Shown piece by piece: positions 10,697-21,498 of a stretch of 64,000 nt of DNA. A program made the translations under genes and the position numbers. The notes beneath the pieces were generated by a model that worked only from the letters and a program-made list of their open reading frames with translations, did not search any database and was not told the origin of the DNA. The stretch is from a virus (Duplodnaviria; Caudoviricetes): IMG/VR virus record IMGVR_UViG_3300021400_001580, positions 25,281 to 89,280 of that record, one strand, 5' to 3'. Numbering within the stretch: the stretch's first letter is position 1; every line of letters begins with the position of its first letter.

Positions 10697-11777
10697 ATTT
10701 CCAAAAACCTCCTTGTTTCACTGTCTCCATAGTTTGATAAAACAAGTTCTTTTGAGAAGGATATTTCTTTAATATTATTTCAAGCTGTTCGCGCTCAGGG
10801 CGAATTTCAGTCATACTTTTATCTTTAGGAATCCTTTCTGCTATAGATTTATACCTACTTGTTTCACCTTGTGTCCAAGTCGCAATTAGCTTGGATATAT
10901 CTGTAATCGGATTGTAATATCCCATTGCTGGTTCTTCGTATTTAATCTTTAACGGAATTTTACAGCTCCAAAATACATACAATAAATTTAATTTGTAAAT
11001 AATATCTTTAAAATAATCAGTTTGATAACGAAATGAGCCGCCAAGTGATAAATATACTTGCGCGCTTGGAGGAATGACTGCCAATAACCGATTTTTATAA
11101 TGCTTCATTAAAACAGATGTTTCTTTAAGCGGGATATCTAAATCGAGATAAGCGTCATTCCCTCGTGCAATTAAACTATTTTCACGCACTTCTAAAAAGT
11201 CTGATATTCGTTTATAATGTGCTGGATGAATGAATTGTATAGATGAGGGATTACGTTGAATTATTTTATCAATAACTGTGCGCCATCCTTCACGAAAAAA
11301 GTCTATATCATAGATATAAAGGCGATGCCGTTTACGAATTGCTGGCAAGGGTAAGACTTCCTCGCCGGCATGCCAACGGTAGTAAGCATTATCTAATAAT
11401 TTCTCTATTTCTTTATCTACCAGTCCAGCCGCGCGCTTATCTTTTAAAAAATTCTAATAAATACTAGTACGCGGTAAGGTGAAATCAATTAATTTATTCT
11501 CGAATGGCACGTATGTTCCATTTGTGAACGCGGTGCCGCCGTATATAACATTTGGCGCTCGCGCGAATGCATCTGGAACTTTGGTAAACTCTTTTGACTC
11601 GCTAAAAATATAGATTTTTTCGTAAGCCGATAATTCAGTTTCATCTAAATTAATTAAGCGGCAAAATTTATTTTCTTCTGATTGATAATAATTTGCTAGC
11701 TTCATTATCTCAAGATTGGGAGGACAGAGTTGAGGCTTAGGCCAGCTCTGTAATGCTAAATCCACTAGGCCAATCAT
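10677..11777 (-). CDS. Radical-SAM-associated-like hypothetical protein (366 aa, 1 TAG read through)
   Basis: Track ORFs 11454..11777 and 10677..11348 are in frame and joined across TAG 11454-11456. N-terminus MIGLVD...PPNLEIMKLANYY...YEKIYI...GGTAF resembles phage proteins starting IGLID..PNLALMK; no CxxxCxxC seen. Confidence 0.65.
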
Positions 11778-14700
11778 TACTCCACCACCTCAACTCGTTC
11801 CGTCTGGAACTCTAAAGTTCCATCATCATGTATTGCTGTAATTTTAGAAATTACAGGATAAAAACTATCTTTCCGCTTTTTAGGAATAAAGTCACTTTCG
11901 CGCCTGATTCCCTGAACCATTAACAATGTACCTCTGGAGAACCAGCTCTTTTCCAAAGTGTGTTTGTGACCATCTGATCCAACTTGAGAAATCTGCTTAT
12001 CAAACATTGCATACTGATTTTTATATACTTTAACATTAACTACGCCTGTCGGGGTTAATAATGTTACAGTATTCTTCATTTTATTCTTATCAATAACTGT
12101 GCCAATAATTCGTCTTAACTTATATACTCTAACTTCATTACCGTCTTTACCATTAAAAGTATAATCTACTTCTGGCTCTTCCGGTAGTTTAAAGAAATTA
12201 TCATATAGATATTGAGAATTAGCTAATTCATGTGGATGGCTGTAAAATGAAACAGATTCCATTTCCCAATGCGATATACTACCTGCCGCGTATTTATTAA
12301 ACATTTCATCATATAATGCTTTGTTTAGCTTATTCAAGACTTCTTCTTTATGCCCTTTTAAGTACGCACGCATCGGATCCATACCTCGTTGATATAGATT
12401 ATCCCACACTGTTGCGGAAATAGTTATACCATTTGAAATATAGTCCGCACTGAAATGATTAGCAATAAAGTTAATAGCTGCATCATTTAATTGATAATTA
12501 TCAACTTTCTTTTGCTGCTTTAAAAACTTATTAAATAAGAATAACTTTTTACAAAAAATAAGCTCATCTGGAATTAAATTATAGTTAATAAGCATTTGCA
12601 TATTCTGTAATGTTAATCTTTGTTTCTTATCAGCTATCATACTAATATATGTTGCCATAATTTCTTCACGAGGCAAATCTACTAATTCATCAAATGCTCC
12701 GCATTTAATTAAGTTAGACATTTGAATCTTGTTTACTTTAACTCTATCTATGAAGTCTTGGACTGAATGAAAAGGTCGCTTGGAGATGATTTCCTGAATG
12801 ATGGAAGTTGAGAGTCTTGTAATTCCTCGTAGACCATACAAGATTTCATTTCGTTCAACAACTGGGGTGAAAGTATAAGATGAGCTATTGATATTCGGTG
12901 GGGAAACCACAATTCCATAAGTACTGAACCGTCCGATTGCGGAAGCCACTTTGCCGTAATCGACCGTTTTTGTTTTTTCTTTCTTTTTATCTTCTCGTTC
13001 ATCTGCGCTAGTAGTTTCATTTTCTTCCTCCCATTCTTCTTGCTCTTCTTCATCAAGATCTTCATCAGGTTCTGCTTCAACTACCAAAGATGCTTCACCG
13101 TCTTCATCATATTCAACAGTCTGAATACCACCGCTATCTACAATAAGATTTGCGGTATTCCAGAATATAATAGGGAAGAACCGAGCAAGATTCATTTCTT
13201 GTAATGCAACCATTGAGTACGAATACGTGTGTGCCGCATTAAATCCATATCCGCGACTCAATGCAATCTCAATATTCCATACATAATTACAGAACTTTTC
13301 ACTCAATCCTTTTTCTTTTACATTATCAAAGAATTGTTTTGTTAATGCATCATACTCTTTAGGATTCTTTTTTGCTATAGATTTTCTTAATTTATCTGCA
13401 AACTGTAAGTCCCAGCCGCCGCATTCAGGTAATTGAACCAACTGCATAAATTGTTCTTGTGTGATTGACATACCATCAGAAATATCTAATTCACGATGCA
13501 TAATCTTACGTTCTTCATCTGTAAGACCCATCTGAATCATTTCTTTATCCCAATCTTGCGGCTGCGCCCTAAATCGTGCATATTTGTCCAACGGACTTTC
13601 TGCGCCTTTTTCAGTTGCCATTAAGCGGATAACTGAATTAAGAACCGCAAGTTCGTCAACACTACGTGGATGCGTTAATGCGATACCACGCACACCACTT
13701 TGTTGTTCCATCTGAAACAAAGATACGATTTCATGATTTTGAACCATATCCCACATTTTCTTATCGTCACGATTTATCTTATAAACTCCAAGCGCATTTT
13801 CATACGTTTCTCTAAGATTCTTACCAACTTTAATATATCCTTGTTCACTCAATAAATCTAGACATGTATGAATCTTATCGGCTGCTTCAACGCTTAACAA
13901 GTCCATCTTAATCATTGAAACATCTTCAAGGTCATGTAGCTCAAACTGAGTAATGATTGTACCATCAGGTGCGCGCATTAATGCACTTGATTCTGTAAAA
14001 TCTTCATCTGTAAATACAACGCCGCCCGCGTGAATACCCTGGCCGCAAATCAAACCTTCAATTCTTTGAGCAACTTCCCAAAGCCCAGGATGCTTATTAA
14101 CTTCATTTATAAAAGTTTGATTGGGCGGGATTCCATTTTCTTCATCGCCATAATAAGTTTGCTTTAATGTATAAACCTGACCACGCTCTGCTTGAATAAG
14201 ATTGGAAATATAAGATGCTTCATCGTTATCTATACCTAAGCCGCGACAAGCTGTTTGAATTGCCGACTTAGACTTTTCTGTCTTAAAGGTTGCAACATTT
14301 GATACTCGGTTTTCTCCATATACCTTTCTCAAATGTTCCAAAGTCTGTGCTCTACGAACGCCCTCAATATCAACATCAATATCAAGTACAGAAACACGAG
14401 CTGGATTCAGAAAGCGCCAAGGATATGTCTTCGTCTTTTCACGCAAGCAATTAATCTGAATAATATCAAGTGCATAAAGTAATACGAATCCCATACCAGA
14501 TCCGCGCGCCGGCAATACAATCGTTCCTGCATTCCAACATTCATCTATAATCTTCTGTAGATTTAAGAAATATGCTGACCATTGCGCTTTATTTACTTCT
14601 GAAGAAACCCAAGTCATTTCCAGGCATTCATTTAATGCTTTATATGCTTTTTCATTTTGAAGATCTTCATGCTTTTTAATGCCATCTATTACTGCAAAAA

Positions 14701-15745
14701 ATAACTCACTATCTGCATAATGTTCAGAATGTAAAAACTTTTCTAGCGCAGGCATTAATGAAATATAATAATCTATTTCCTCTTGTGTTCTTGCGTGGAA
14801 ATTTCTCCACGGTAGGCTCGGAATCTTTAATGGCTTTAGAATACTAAAATCTTCACATTTATCTTTAATTTCTCTGATAGAAGCATACGCGGCTTCAATC
14901 TGTTCTTCAGTTAGATATGAGAAGAAATTTCTAATTTCTTCATCACTCATCATATACGTTGTCGCATAGAATGAACGAACTTCTCTATCACCATCTTGTG
15001 AATTAAGAAATGCCTCATGAATTTTAGCTTCTTCCGGCCGCCCATAATGGCTATCGGTTGTTATAATATATTTAATTCCAAGTTCCTTTGAAATTTTTAA
15101 CAATTGCTTATTAACAAATACCTGCTCTTTCCCATTTGAAGGTTGCATCTCCAAATAGAAATTGCCTTTACCAAATATATCTTCAATATATAAACACCAA
15201 CGCTTTGCAGTTTCATAAAATTCTTCATCACCTGTATCCATATATTGAAGTAAAAATCTATCTAACTGAGAACCTAGACATGCGCTACTTGCAATTAAAT
15301 GTCCTCGATCTGGTTTTACAATATCTTTTAAATCTTGATAGTAAGTTGGACGCCTACGTTGGCGCCGACTCATATACGAACGTTGCCACGCTCTTGTAGA
15401 TAACTGACAAATCTGTTTATATCCAATCTTATCTTTTGCAAGAAGAATAAAGTGAAAATATCTATCTTTCGTTTTATCGAAGTTTTTTGCGGTTAAACCG
15501 TTACGAGTAAGATATATTTCATTACCACGAATTAATTTAAAGTCAGGATGTGTTTCTTTAATCTTCTTATAATATTTTTCTGCCTTAATATAACTTGATA
15601 TAGTTTCATGGTCAGTGATTGCAACACATTCATGCCCAAGTTCAATTGCTAAATCAATTAATCCTTCAACACGATTTATACAGTCACGCAGTGTTTCATT
15701 ACTATACATTGTGTGATTATGACAGGACCCTGGATATTTCGACAT
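11777..15745 (-). CDS. dnaE: DNA polymerase III alpha subunit (PHP + polymerase + OB)
   Basis: PHP motifs HNHT, TDHE, GNE, TDSHY; PARGSG, LDIDVD, GIHAGG, KMDLL, YGFNAAH. Confidence 0.97.
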   Translation of the reverse strand: MSKYPGSCHNHTMYSNETLRDCINRVEGLIDLAIELGHECVAITDHETISSYIKAEKYYKKIKETHPDFKLIRGNEIYLTRNGLTAKNFDKTKDRYFHFILLAKDKIGYKQICQLSTRAWQRSYMSRRQRRRPTYYQDLKDIVKPDRGHLIASSACLGSQLDRFLLQYMDTGDEEFYETAKRWCLYIEDIFGKGNFYLEMQPSNGKEQVFVNKQLLKISKELGIKYIITTDSHYGRPEEAKIHEAFLNSQDGDREVRSFYATTYMMSDEEIRNFFSYLTEEQIEAAYASIREIKDKCEDFSILKPLKIPSLPWRNFHARTQEEIDYYISLMPALEKFLHSEHYADSELFFAVIDGIKKHEDLQNEKAYKALNECLEMTWVSSEVNKAQWSAYFLNLQKIIDECWNAGTIVLPARGSGMGFVLLYALDIIQINCLREKTKTYPWRFLNPARVSVLDIDVDIEGVRRAQTLEHLRKVYGENRVSNVATFKTEKSKSAIQTACRGLGIDNDEASYISNLIQAERGQVYTLKQTYYGDEENGIPPNQTFINEVNKHPGLWEVAQRIEGLICGQGIHAGGVVFTDEDFTESSALMRAPDGTIITQFELHDLEDVSMIKMDLLSVEAADKIHTCLDLLSEQGYIKVGKNLRETYENALGVYKINRDDKKMWDMVQNHEIVSLFQMEQQSGVRGIALTHPRSVDELAVLNSVIRLMATEKGAESPLDKYARFRAQPQDWDKEMIQMGLTDEERKIMHRELDISDGMSITQEQFMQLVQLPECGGWDLQFADKLRKSIAKKNPKEYDALTKQFFDNVKEKGLSEKFCNYVWNIEIALSRGYGFNAAHTYSYSMVALQEMNLARFFPIIFWNTANLIVDSGGIQTVEYDEDGEASLVVEAEPDEDLDEEEQEEWEEENETTSADEREDKKKEKTKTVDYGKVASAIGRFSTYGIVVSPPNINSSSYTFTPVVERNEILYGLRGITRLSTSIIQEIISKRPFHSVQDFIDRVKVNKIQMSNLIKCGAFDELVDLPREEIMATYISMIADKKQRLTLQNMQMLINYNLIPDELIFCKKLFLFNKFLKQQKKVDNYQLNDAAINFIANHFSADYISNGITISATVWDNLYQRGMDPMRAYLKGHKEEVLNKLNKALYDEMFNKYAAGSISHWEMESVSFYSHPHELANSQYLYDNFFKLPEEPEVDYTFNGKDGNEVRVYKLRRIIGTVIDKNKMKNTVTLLTPTGVVNVKVYKNQYAMFDKQISQVGSDGHKHTLEKSWFSRGTLLMVQGIRRESDFIPKKRKDSFYPVISKITAIHDDGTLEFQTERVEVVE

Positions 15746-15772
15746 TTACTCACTTCCTTTACTCTATATCTT

Positions 15773-15801
15773 ATTATATCATAAATTTTAATTTTTGTCA
15801 A
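15773..15801 (-). promoter_or_regulatory. Sigma-A promoter upstream of dnaE
   Basis: TTGACA-17-TATAAT. Confidence 0.85.
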
Positions 15802-16078
15802 TATTATCTAAGATGCCGACCTGCCATAATCTAAATAAAATATTATTAATTACAGCCATTTCTTCTGGGCTATCTTCTATATTTGTACCTTCAATCAATT
15901 TTTCTCGGCACATTTGAATTAATTCTTCTCTATTATCATTACAACATGAATTCATTTGTATTCTCTCCTTATAACAATTACACTTACTTCTGGCGTCCAT
16001 TTTACAATTAAATAAATTACACCGATCATAATACCACTCATAATATTTGCAAGTGTCACAACATTTTTTAGAAGTCAT
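15788..16078 (-). CDS. Cys-rich hypothetical protein
   Basis: Track ORF; an internal RBS+ATG (MNSCC) suggests an alternative start. Confidence 0.55.
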   Translation of the reverse strand: MTSKKCCDTCKYYEWYYDRCNLFNCKMDARSKCNCYKERIQMNSCCNDNREELIQMCREKLIEGTNIEDSPEEMAVINNILFRLWQVGILDNIDKN

Positions 16079-16133
16079 ATTTGCAGCTATCTTCCTTTAT
16101 TCATACCTATTATATAATAAAATTTAATATTTA

Positions 16134-16370
16134 TCAAAGCTTTCTACCACACCAAGGACAGTATACTATTTGTGTTTCTCCAACATACTCTTTCATATAT
16201 ATGTGAATATGATGTTCGTCTTCTCTTTGTGTATTTACCGAGTATGCTGATAGCCGCCATTTATTACCTTCATTTACTAATTGCATGTGTATACCATGCT
16301 CTCCTGCTATTACATGGTCCCTTTCATCAGTATTTTGTAGACAATATAAACATTGTTTATTAGAACTCAT
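16134..16370 (-). CDS. Hypothetical protein with Zn-ribbon (CLYC...CPWCGRKL)
   Basis: Track ORF, typical small phage Zn finger. Confidence 0.65.
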   Translation of the reverse strand: MSSNKQCLYCLQNTDERDHVIAGEHGIHMQLVNEGNKWRLSAYSVNTQREDEHHIHIYMKEYVGETQIVYCPWCGRKL

Positions 16371-18132
16371 ATTTACTATTATCCTCTACTAATTCATAGT
16401 CGGTAATGAATACTTGGACTGATTGTTTGCCCATCCATTCATTAAGATTCGCGCGCCCATAGACAGTTAACTTCTTGGTTCTATCATTCATAACTTCTTC
16501 AATGAAGTCTGTATCTTTAAATTTCACATAATCAATACCATTATATGAAATCTTAATACTATCTTTACTTGTGCCCATAACCATAACATTCATTAATGGG
16601 ATATTTTTAATAACAATCGTTGGTTCTTCAATATGATTGCCAAAATACTCTGGATGTGAAGCAAGACAACCAAGTAATTCATCATTATAATCATTACCAT
16701 CTAAGATATAATCTACAACATAACAATTTTCAAAGTCTTTTGCGCTTAAATGTTTATTAGCATAATTTAATAGAGAATCTAGTTTATCACCATTTAATCC
16801 CCAGCCGGCGGCATTATCATGCCCTGCAGTATATGTCACTAATCCGCTATCTTCCAAAAACTTTTTAAAACTAGGCAATCCAGCAAAATTTCCATCAGAT
16901 CGGATACTACCTTGAATTTCATTATCATTATTGCGGCGACCAATCATAACAGGCTTATGGTACTTACTTACAACATTCATTGCAATTAGGCCAGTTAGTT
17001 CTTGCGGAATATTATCCATTGCGTCTAATTCTACAAGAATAATATTATTATCGTCTAGGCCATCTTTCTGAATCTTAAAGTCTACTATACCCATAGCCTG
17101 TTCTTTTAATCTATCTTGCCGTGCTTTAGCATTCTTACCTACTCGTGCAGTCTGTTCGGCTGCATATTCAATATCTCCTGGGCGCGCGCCGCGTTTAGTA
17201 CTCTGCATTGGTTTATTGGGTTCAATAAAGCAATAGAACATGGTTTCTTTTTCTGTGATGGTACCTACGCGCGTAATAGCATTAATAAGAGGAGCAATAT
17301 AGAAAGCAATATCAATTGGAGTTAATCCGTTATATGGAAAAACGGCTTTATCTTTTAATGAATATGCTTGAGATTCAATAAGTGTTCTAAAGCCTTCATT
17401 ATGAATGTTCTTTAATCCTTCTATCATAATATAATTGGTTTCCACATCGGTTCTATCCATTACATCTGCGATTTCACCTAGCGCGGCCAAATCAATATAA
17501 TTATGTGCTTGACTTATACCTAGTTTTTCATCCAGCACTTCACAAAACTTATAAACCACGCCAGCGCCACATAATGATTTGTTTGGATAATCTGGCGATA
17601 GTTGATTATTTACTACAATAGTTGTCGGGAGGTTAGAAGTAACAGGATTACCCTAATCATCATATAATTGTTCATGATGATCTAAACAAATAACATCCAT
17701 ACCCATTTCTCCAAGCAAACGATGTTCTTTTACATCATATGAGCCAGCATCGGGTAAAATTACTAAGTCCCAACGTGCTTCATCTGTAATCCAATCTACT
17801 TTATCATTAAGGCCGTGTTGCTTATGATCGTGTACCGTAAATTCTAACTCTGCCTCTGGGAAGATATGTTTTATATATAACCAGAGAATTGCGCTTGATG
17901 TGAACCCATCACAGTCGGCATCTACAACAAAAAGAATTTTATGCTTTTCACGCAAGTGATGAAATAGTCTTTCTGCTGCGGCATCAATATTCTTTAATTG
18001 ATATGGATCGTTTTCACATAATATACTCGGGTTCATAAACTGTTCTATATCTTGAACTCCTCTATCTTGTAGGAGTTCTTTTAATGCTTTATCTGGGTTT
18101 GTACTATATTCTTTTCTTAATCTATATCTCAT
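16360..18132 (-). CDS. recJ: RecJ-like ssDNA exonuclease (DHH/DHHA1), 590 aa, 1 TAG read through
   Basis: DADCDGFTS, LPDAG, CLDHHE, then TAG 17653-17655, then in-frame YPNKSLCGAGVVYKF, ALGEIAD, AGHDNAAG. The two track ORFs are halves of one domain. Confidence 0.9.
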
Positions 18133-18143
18133 ATTATCTCCCT

Positions 18144-19262
18144 TCATCTCACTTTTATTCTATGTTTATAAAGTTCTTCAAAAACCTCTTGGCCTTTATC
18201 AAATGGGCTATCTTTATAGCCTAAAAGATTATCCATATCCCATATATATGAAAAAGTCGCTTGACTTCTATATTTTTTACATATATTTTCAAGTTTCATA
18301 CGATATGTGCGCGCCTGATCTGATCGCCAATCTTCATATTCTTTATCGAATGCAATGGTGATTTCATTCGCGCCTAATATATTGGTTAATAAGTTAATTT
18401 GAAACTTATTGATATTTGAGCCGCAACAGGCCACTGTATTGCTTAAGTTACCGTAAAATCCATCATCCAATAATACCGATTTTTCACCCTCTACAATAAT
18501 GGCGCTTTTTCGTGCTTTAATTCCCTCCTGATGTTCATAAATACCGTACAAATTAAAATGCAGTGGGTGAGCATATAAAGTTTGACCAATTTGTACAGGC
18601 CGATATTTTCCATATAATTCTACTTCTTCTGGTTCGAGAGCTCGCGCGCGAATGCCTATTAATCGTCCATTAATATCAAAATGTGGAATGGTAATTTTAT
18701 TTTGCGCACTCCAAAAACCAATATGGAATTTATCCATTACTTCTGGTTTAATCCCATCTCTCAGCCATAATGGATGGTATTTATGCATAAAGTATGATAG
18801 AACTTCTTTTGAATATTCTGGCAGCGGCGCAATATTAGAATCAAATTTATATTTATCCAAATTCAAATCGGATTTATAAACATGCGTGTTTGCTAAAATT
18901 AAATGCTTAATACATTTTTTTACATATTCCACTGCTTCGGGAAAGCTTACTGCCGTATAGTTTAATTGCATGAACTTTTGATAAAGGGTAAATATGGACA
19001 TTGCCTCATTACATTCAGTATAACATCTGAAAATTTTATTATTCTGATACCAATATAATTTCATAGAGGCTTCTTCATTTAACGGATTATGACAAATTGT
19101 AGGACAAATTAAATATCCTTTTTCAGGATAAAACGCTATTTGTTCTACTCCTAAGCTTTCTAGAAATACTTTGACATCTTCAATTGTTAAAGAATTAACG
19201 ATGTCTACTAATGTGACATCTAATAAATCTAGTTCAGGATCAGATGTTTGAAGAGTAGTCAA
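18144..19262 (-). CDS. dnaG: DNA primase (Zn finger + TOPRIM)
   Basis: CPTICH...CYTEC, ITIPHFD..GRLIGIRAR, IIVEGEKSVL, IAFDKE. Confidence 0.9.
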   Translation of the reverse strand: MTTLQTSDPELDLLDVTLVDIVNSLTIEDVKVFLESLGVEQIAFYPEKGYLICPTICHNPLNEEASMKLYWYQNNKIFRCYTECNEAMSIFTLYQKFMQLNYTAVSFPEAVEYVKKCIKHLILANTHVYKSDLNLDKYKFDSNIAPLPEYSKEVLSYFMHKYHPLWLRDGIKPEVMDKFHIGFWSAQNKITIPHFDINGRLIGIRARALEPEEVELYGKYRPVQIGQTLYAHPLHFNLYGIYEHQEGIKARKSAIIVEGEKSVLLDDGFYGNLSNTVACCGSNINKFQINLLTNILGANEITIAFDKEYEDWRSDQARTYRMKLENICKKYRSQATFSYIWDMDNLLGYKDSPFDKGQEVFEELYKHRIKVR

Positions 19263-19263
19263 T

Positions 19264-20859
19264 TTATTCAGTCTCCTTTATATTAATCGGAACTTCTGTA
19301 TTTCCCGCAAACAAATCAATGGGCTGAGTAATGGGTTGATTTTCTGCAGTAGTCATAAACATATCTTCTCTCTCGCCGGTACCTAGATGTAGACGTGTCC
19401 AAATACGCACCATTTTATATCGACCGCGGCGCATTTTATAAATATCTAAAATATGTGTCGGTTTATGGTCTAATATATCTGAAGAAATTATACCTTCTCG
19501 GATAGACATTTTTAAAGTTGGAACAATTGAATTCCAACCTTTTTCTGTAATTCGAGTCATCACATAGCCGACGTCTGCTTTATCTGCAGTTGCCTTAGAT
19601 CCTCGAATACTTTTTTCGTCCTTAAAACTCATCTCTTCATCCCCCATTGCCAATGCATTAACCTGCGTTGCTGAGAATATAAAGAGATTATAATCTTTAG
19701 CTAACTGTTTTAATTGATTTGACATTAACATTAGAACAACATCTTCACGCAATCCATTTTGTGCAAACTGACCCACCAGGCTCGCAGTTGTATGAATATA
19801 ATCATAAAACACATATTTCACATTATCAATGGTTGCGTACTTTCTTATTGTGGCTTCTACATTTTGTAGATTTGGTTCACTTATTTCTTCAATTAAAAAA
19901 TATCCGCTATACTCTTTCATAATTTGTGCGGCATACTTAACCCGCGTATACTCTCCTAATTCATATCTTCCTGTTAAAATATGATCTTCATCTACTCCCG
20001 AAAGATATGCCAGCATAATCGTTTGAATTTCTTCTTTATCCATTTCAGTAACAATGAATAGTACCTTACGTGGCTTACGAAATTCTCCATTAAAATCTAC
20101 TTCTTCAATAAATGAATTTAATTTCCACGACCATCGTTTTGGATATGCCAGACGACAGGCGTCAAAAATACTAGTACGAGATTTACCAGCACTCGTACTG
20201 GCGCTCTTTAAAAAGAAGCATCCTTCCCGCGCGCCGCGACAAATACTACTAAAAATACTTCCTTCCAAACTTGGCCCAATACTTGGAGATTGTTTTAATT
20301 CTTCAATTAATTCATTAATGCCTTCTGCCGGGTCTCCGTTAAGATGACCGCCATTTAAAAATTCATTACGGATGGCTGAATAATTTTTTTCAACGGAATT
20401 TAAAATCTCTTCCAGAGTTGCATTTTCTAATTTTGCTAGAATTTGTTGCTCTTTTAGAGGATTAGAAACTTCTTTATCATCAATATAATATTCACTAATA
20501 TCATATTTTGCTTTTTGTAATTTTCGTAATAGTGCATACTTTTTTAATCGTGTATAATAAAATTTAAAATTTGAAAGTTGAGTAATTTCATATGCACTTT
20601 TTAAGAACTCTAGTCCGCCTTCAACTTGGTATACTTGCGCGGAAATGCCGCCAAAATGTTCAATTTCTTGGTCAACTTCGAGTGGTGATAATTCTTCTGC
20701 GCCACCTTCATATAACTTTTTAATAGCATTCAGGCATACGCGCGCTGGTTTATAATCAAAATCCGATACAACAATATCTGGATATTCTACAAATAGTTGA
20801 GGACGATACATTAGCCCTCCGATAATTTGACGATAAGCCGTCATATCAGATAAGGTCAT
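19264..20859 (-). CDS. dnaB: Replicative DnaB-like helicase
   Basis: Walker A SASTSAGKS, TEMD, Walker B FYDYIH, SATQVN, RGSKATADKAD, KMRRG. Confidence 0.9.
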   Translation of the reverse strand: MTLSDMTAYRQIIGGLMYRPQLFVEYPDIVVSDFDYKPARVCLNAIKKLYEGGAEELSPLEVDQEIEHFGGISAQVYQVEGGLEFLKSAYEITQLSNFKFYYTRLKKYALLRKLQKAKYDISEYYIDDKEVSNPLKEQQILAKLENATLEEILNSVEKNYSAIRNEFLNGGHLNGDPAEGINELIEELKQSPSIGPSLEGSIFSSICRGAREGCFFLKSASTSAGKSRTSIFDACRLAYPKRWSWKLNSFIEEVDFNGEFRKPRKVLFIVTEMDKEEIQTIMLAYLSGVDEDHILTGRYELGEYTRVKYAAQIMKEYSGYFLIEEISEPNLQNVEATIRKYATIDNVKYVFYDYIHTTASLVGQFAQNGLREDVVLMLMSNQLKQLAKDYNLFIFSATQVNALAMGDEEMSFKDEKSIRGSKATADKADVGYVMTRITEKGWNSIVPTLKMSIREGIISSDILDHKPTHILDIYKMRRGRYKMVRIWTRLHLGTGEREDMFMTTAENQPITQPIDLFAGNTEVPINIKETE

Positions 20860-20876
20860 ATCATCCCTCCTTCGTT

Positions 20877-21365
20877 TTAATCATCAAATAGTCCGTCTGC
20901 TAAATTAATTTCAGGCCGAGTTGTATTATTTTCTTTAATTTTTACCACAGATTCTTTCATTTCCGTATGCGCAATCGCAGCTGCAATACTACTAGCTTGC
21001 GCCTTTTGACTAGCCTGCCATGCTTTCATATTGAATACGGTCTTTGGATTCACTAATCCTAATGATTCTTTTAAAATCTTTTTATTACATACTTTATACA
21101 TATAATCTAAACAATCAATAATAATATCATCCGTATATCCGTATGTATTCTGTAAATATTTACGTTGCGACCAAATTAATGGCCCAGGGGATTTAATTCC
21201 AAAAATTGAACAGACTTTATATGAAAACTTTTCTCGCGCCAATTTTTCTTCATAACAATTAGGACAAAACCAATATGTAGTTTTACCACTAAGTGTCGAG
21301 TACTGCAACATTTCATCCTTCCTAAATTCTTGTTTACAGCCGTGACAAACACGAGTAATTTTCAT
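20877..21365 (-). CDS. Zn-finger replication-associated hypothetical protein
   Basis: CHGC...CPNC; immediately upstream of the helicase. Confidence 0.7.
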   Translation of the reverse strand: MKITRVCHGCKQEFRKDEMLQYSTLSGKTTYWFCPNCYEEKLAREKFSYKVCSIFGIKSPGPLIWSQRKYLQNTYGYTDDIIIDCLDYMYKVCNKKILKESLGLVNPKTVFNMKAWQASQKAQASSIAAAIAHTEMKESVVKIKENNTTRPEINLADGLFDD

Positions 21366-21402
21366 AGTATCACTCCCTACTCTATATATTTATTCTATAT
21401 AT

Positions 21403-21431
21403 AGTATAGCATGATTTTTATAAAAAGTCAA
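21403..21431 (-). promoter_or_regulatory. Sigma-A promoter for the helicase/primase/RecJ operon
   Basis: TTGACT-17-TATACT. Confidence 0.75.
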
Positions 21432-21498
21432 ATAAAAACGAGGGCGCCCTCAAATGAGGGCGACCTCTCCACCTTTTCTACGCATGGTAGATAGGCAA

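Noticed and set aside
11777-15745. Intein in DnaE (also checked NrdD, helicase, topoisomerase B)
   Set aside because: No C/S...HN-C/S/T splice junctions or LAGLIDADG blocks; lengths are explained without one
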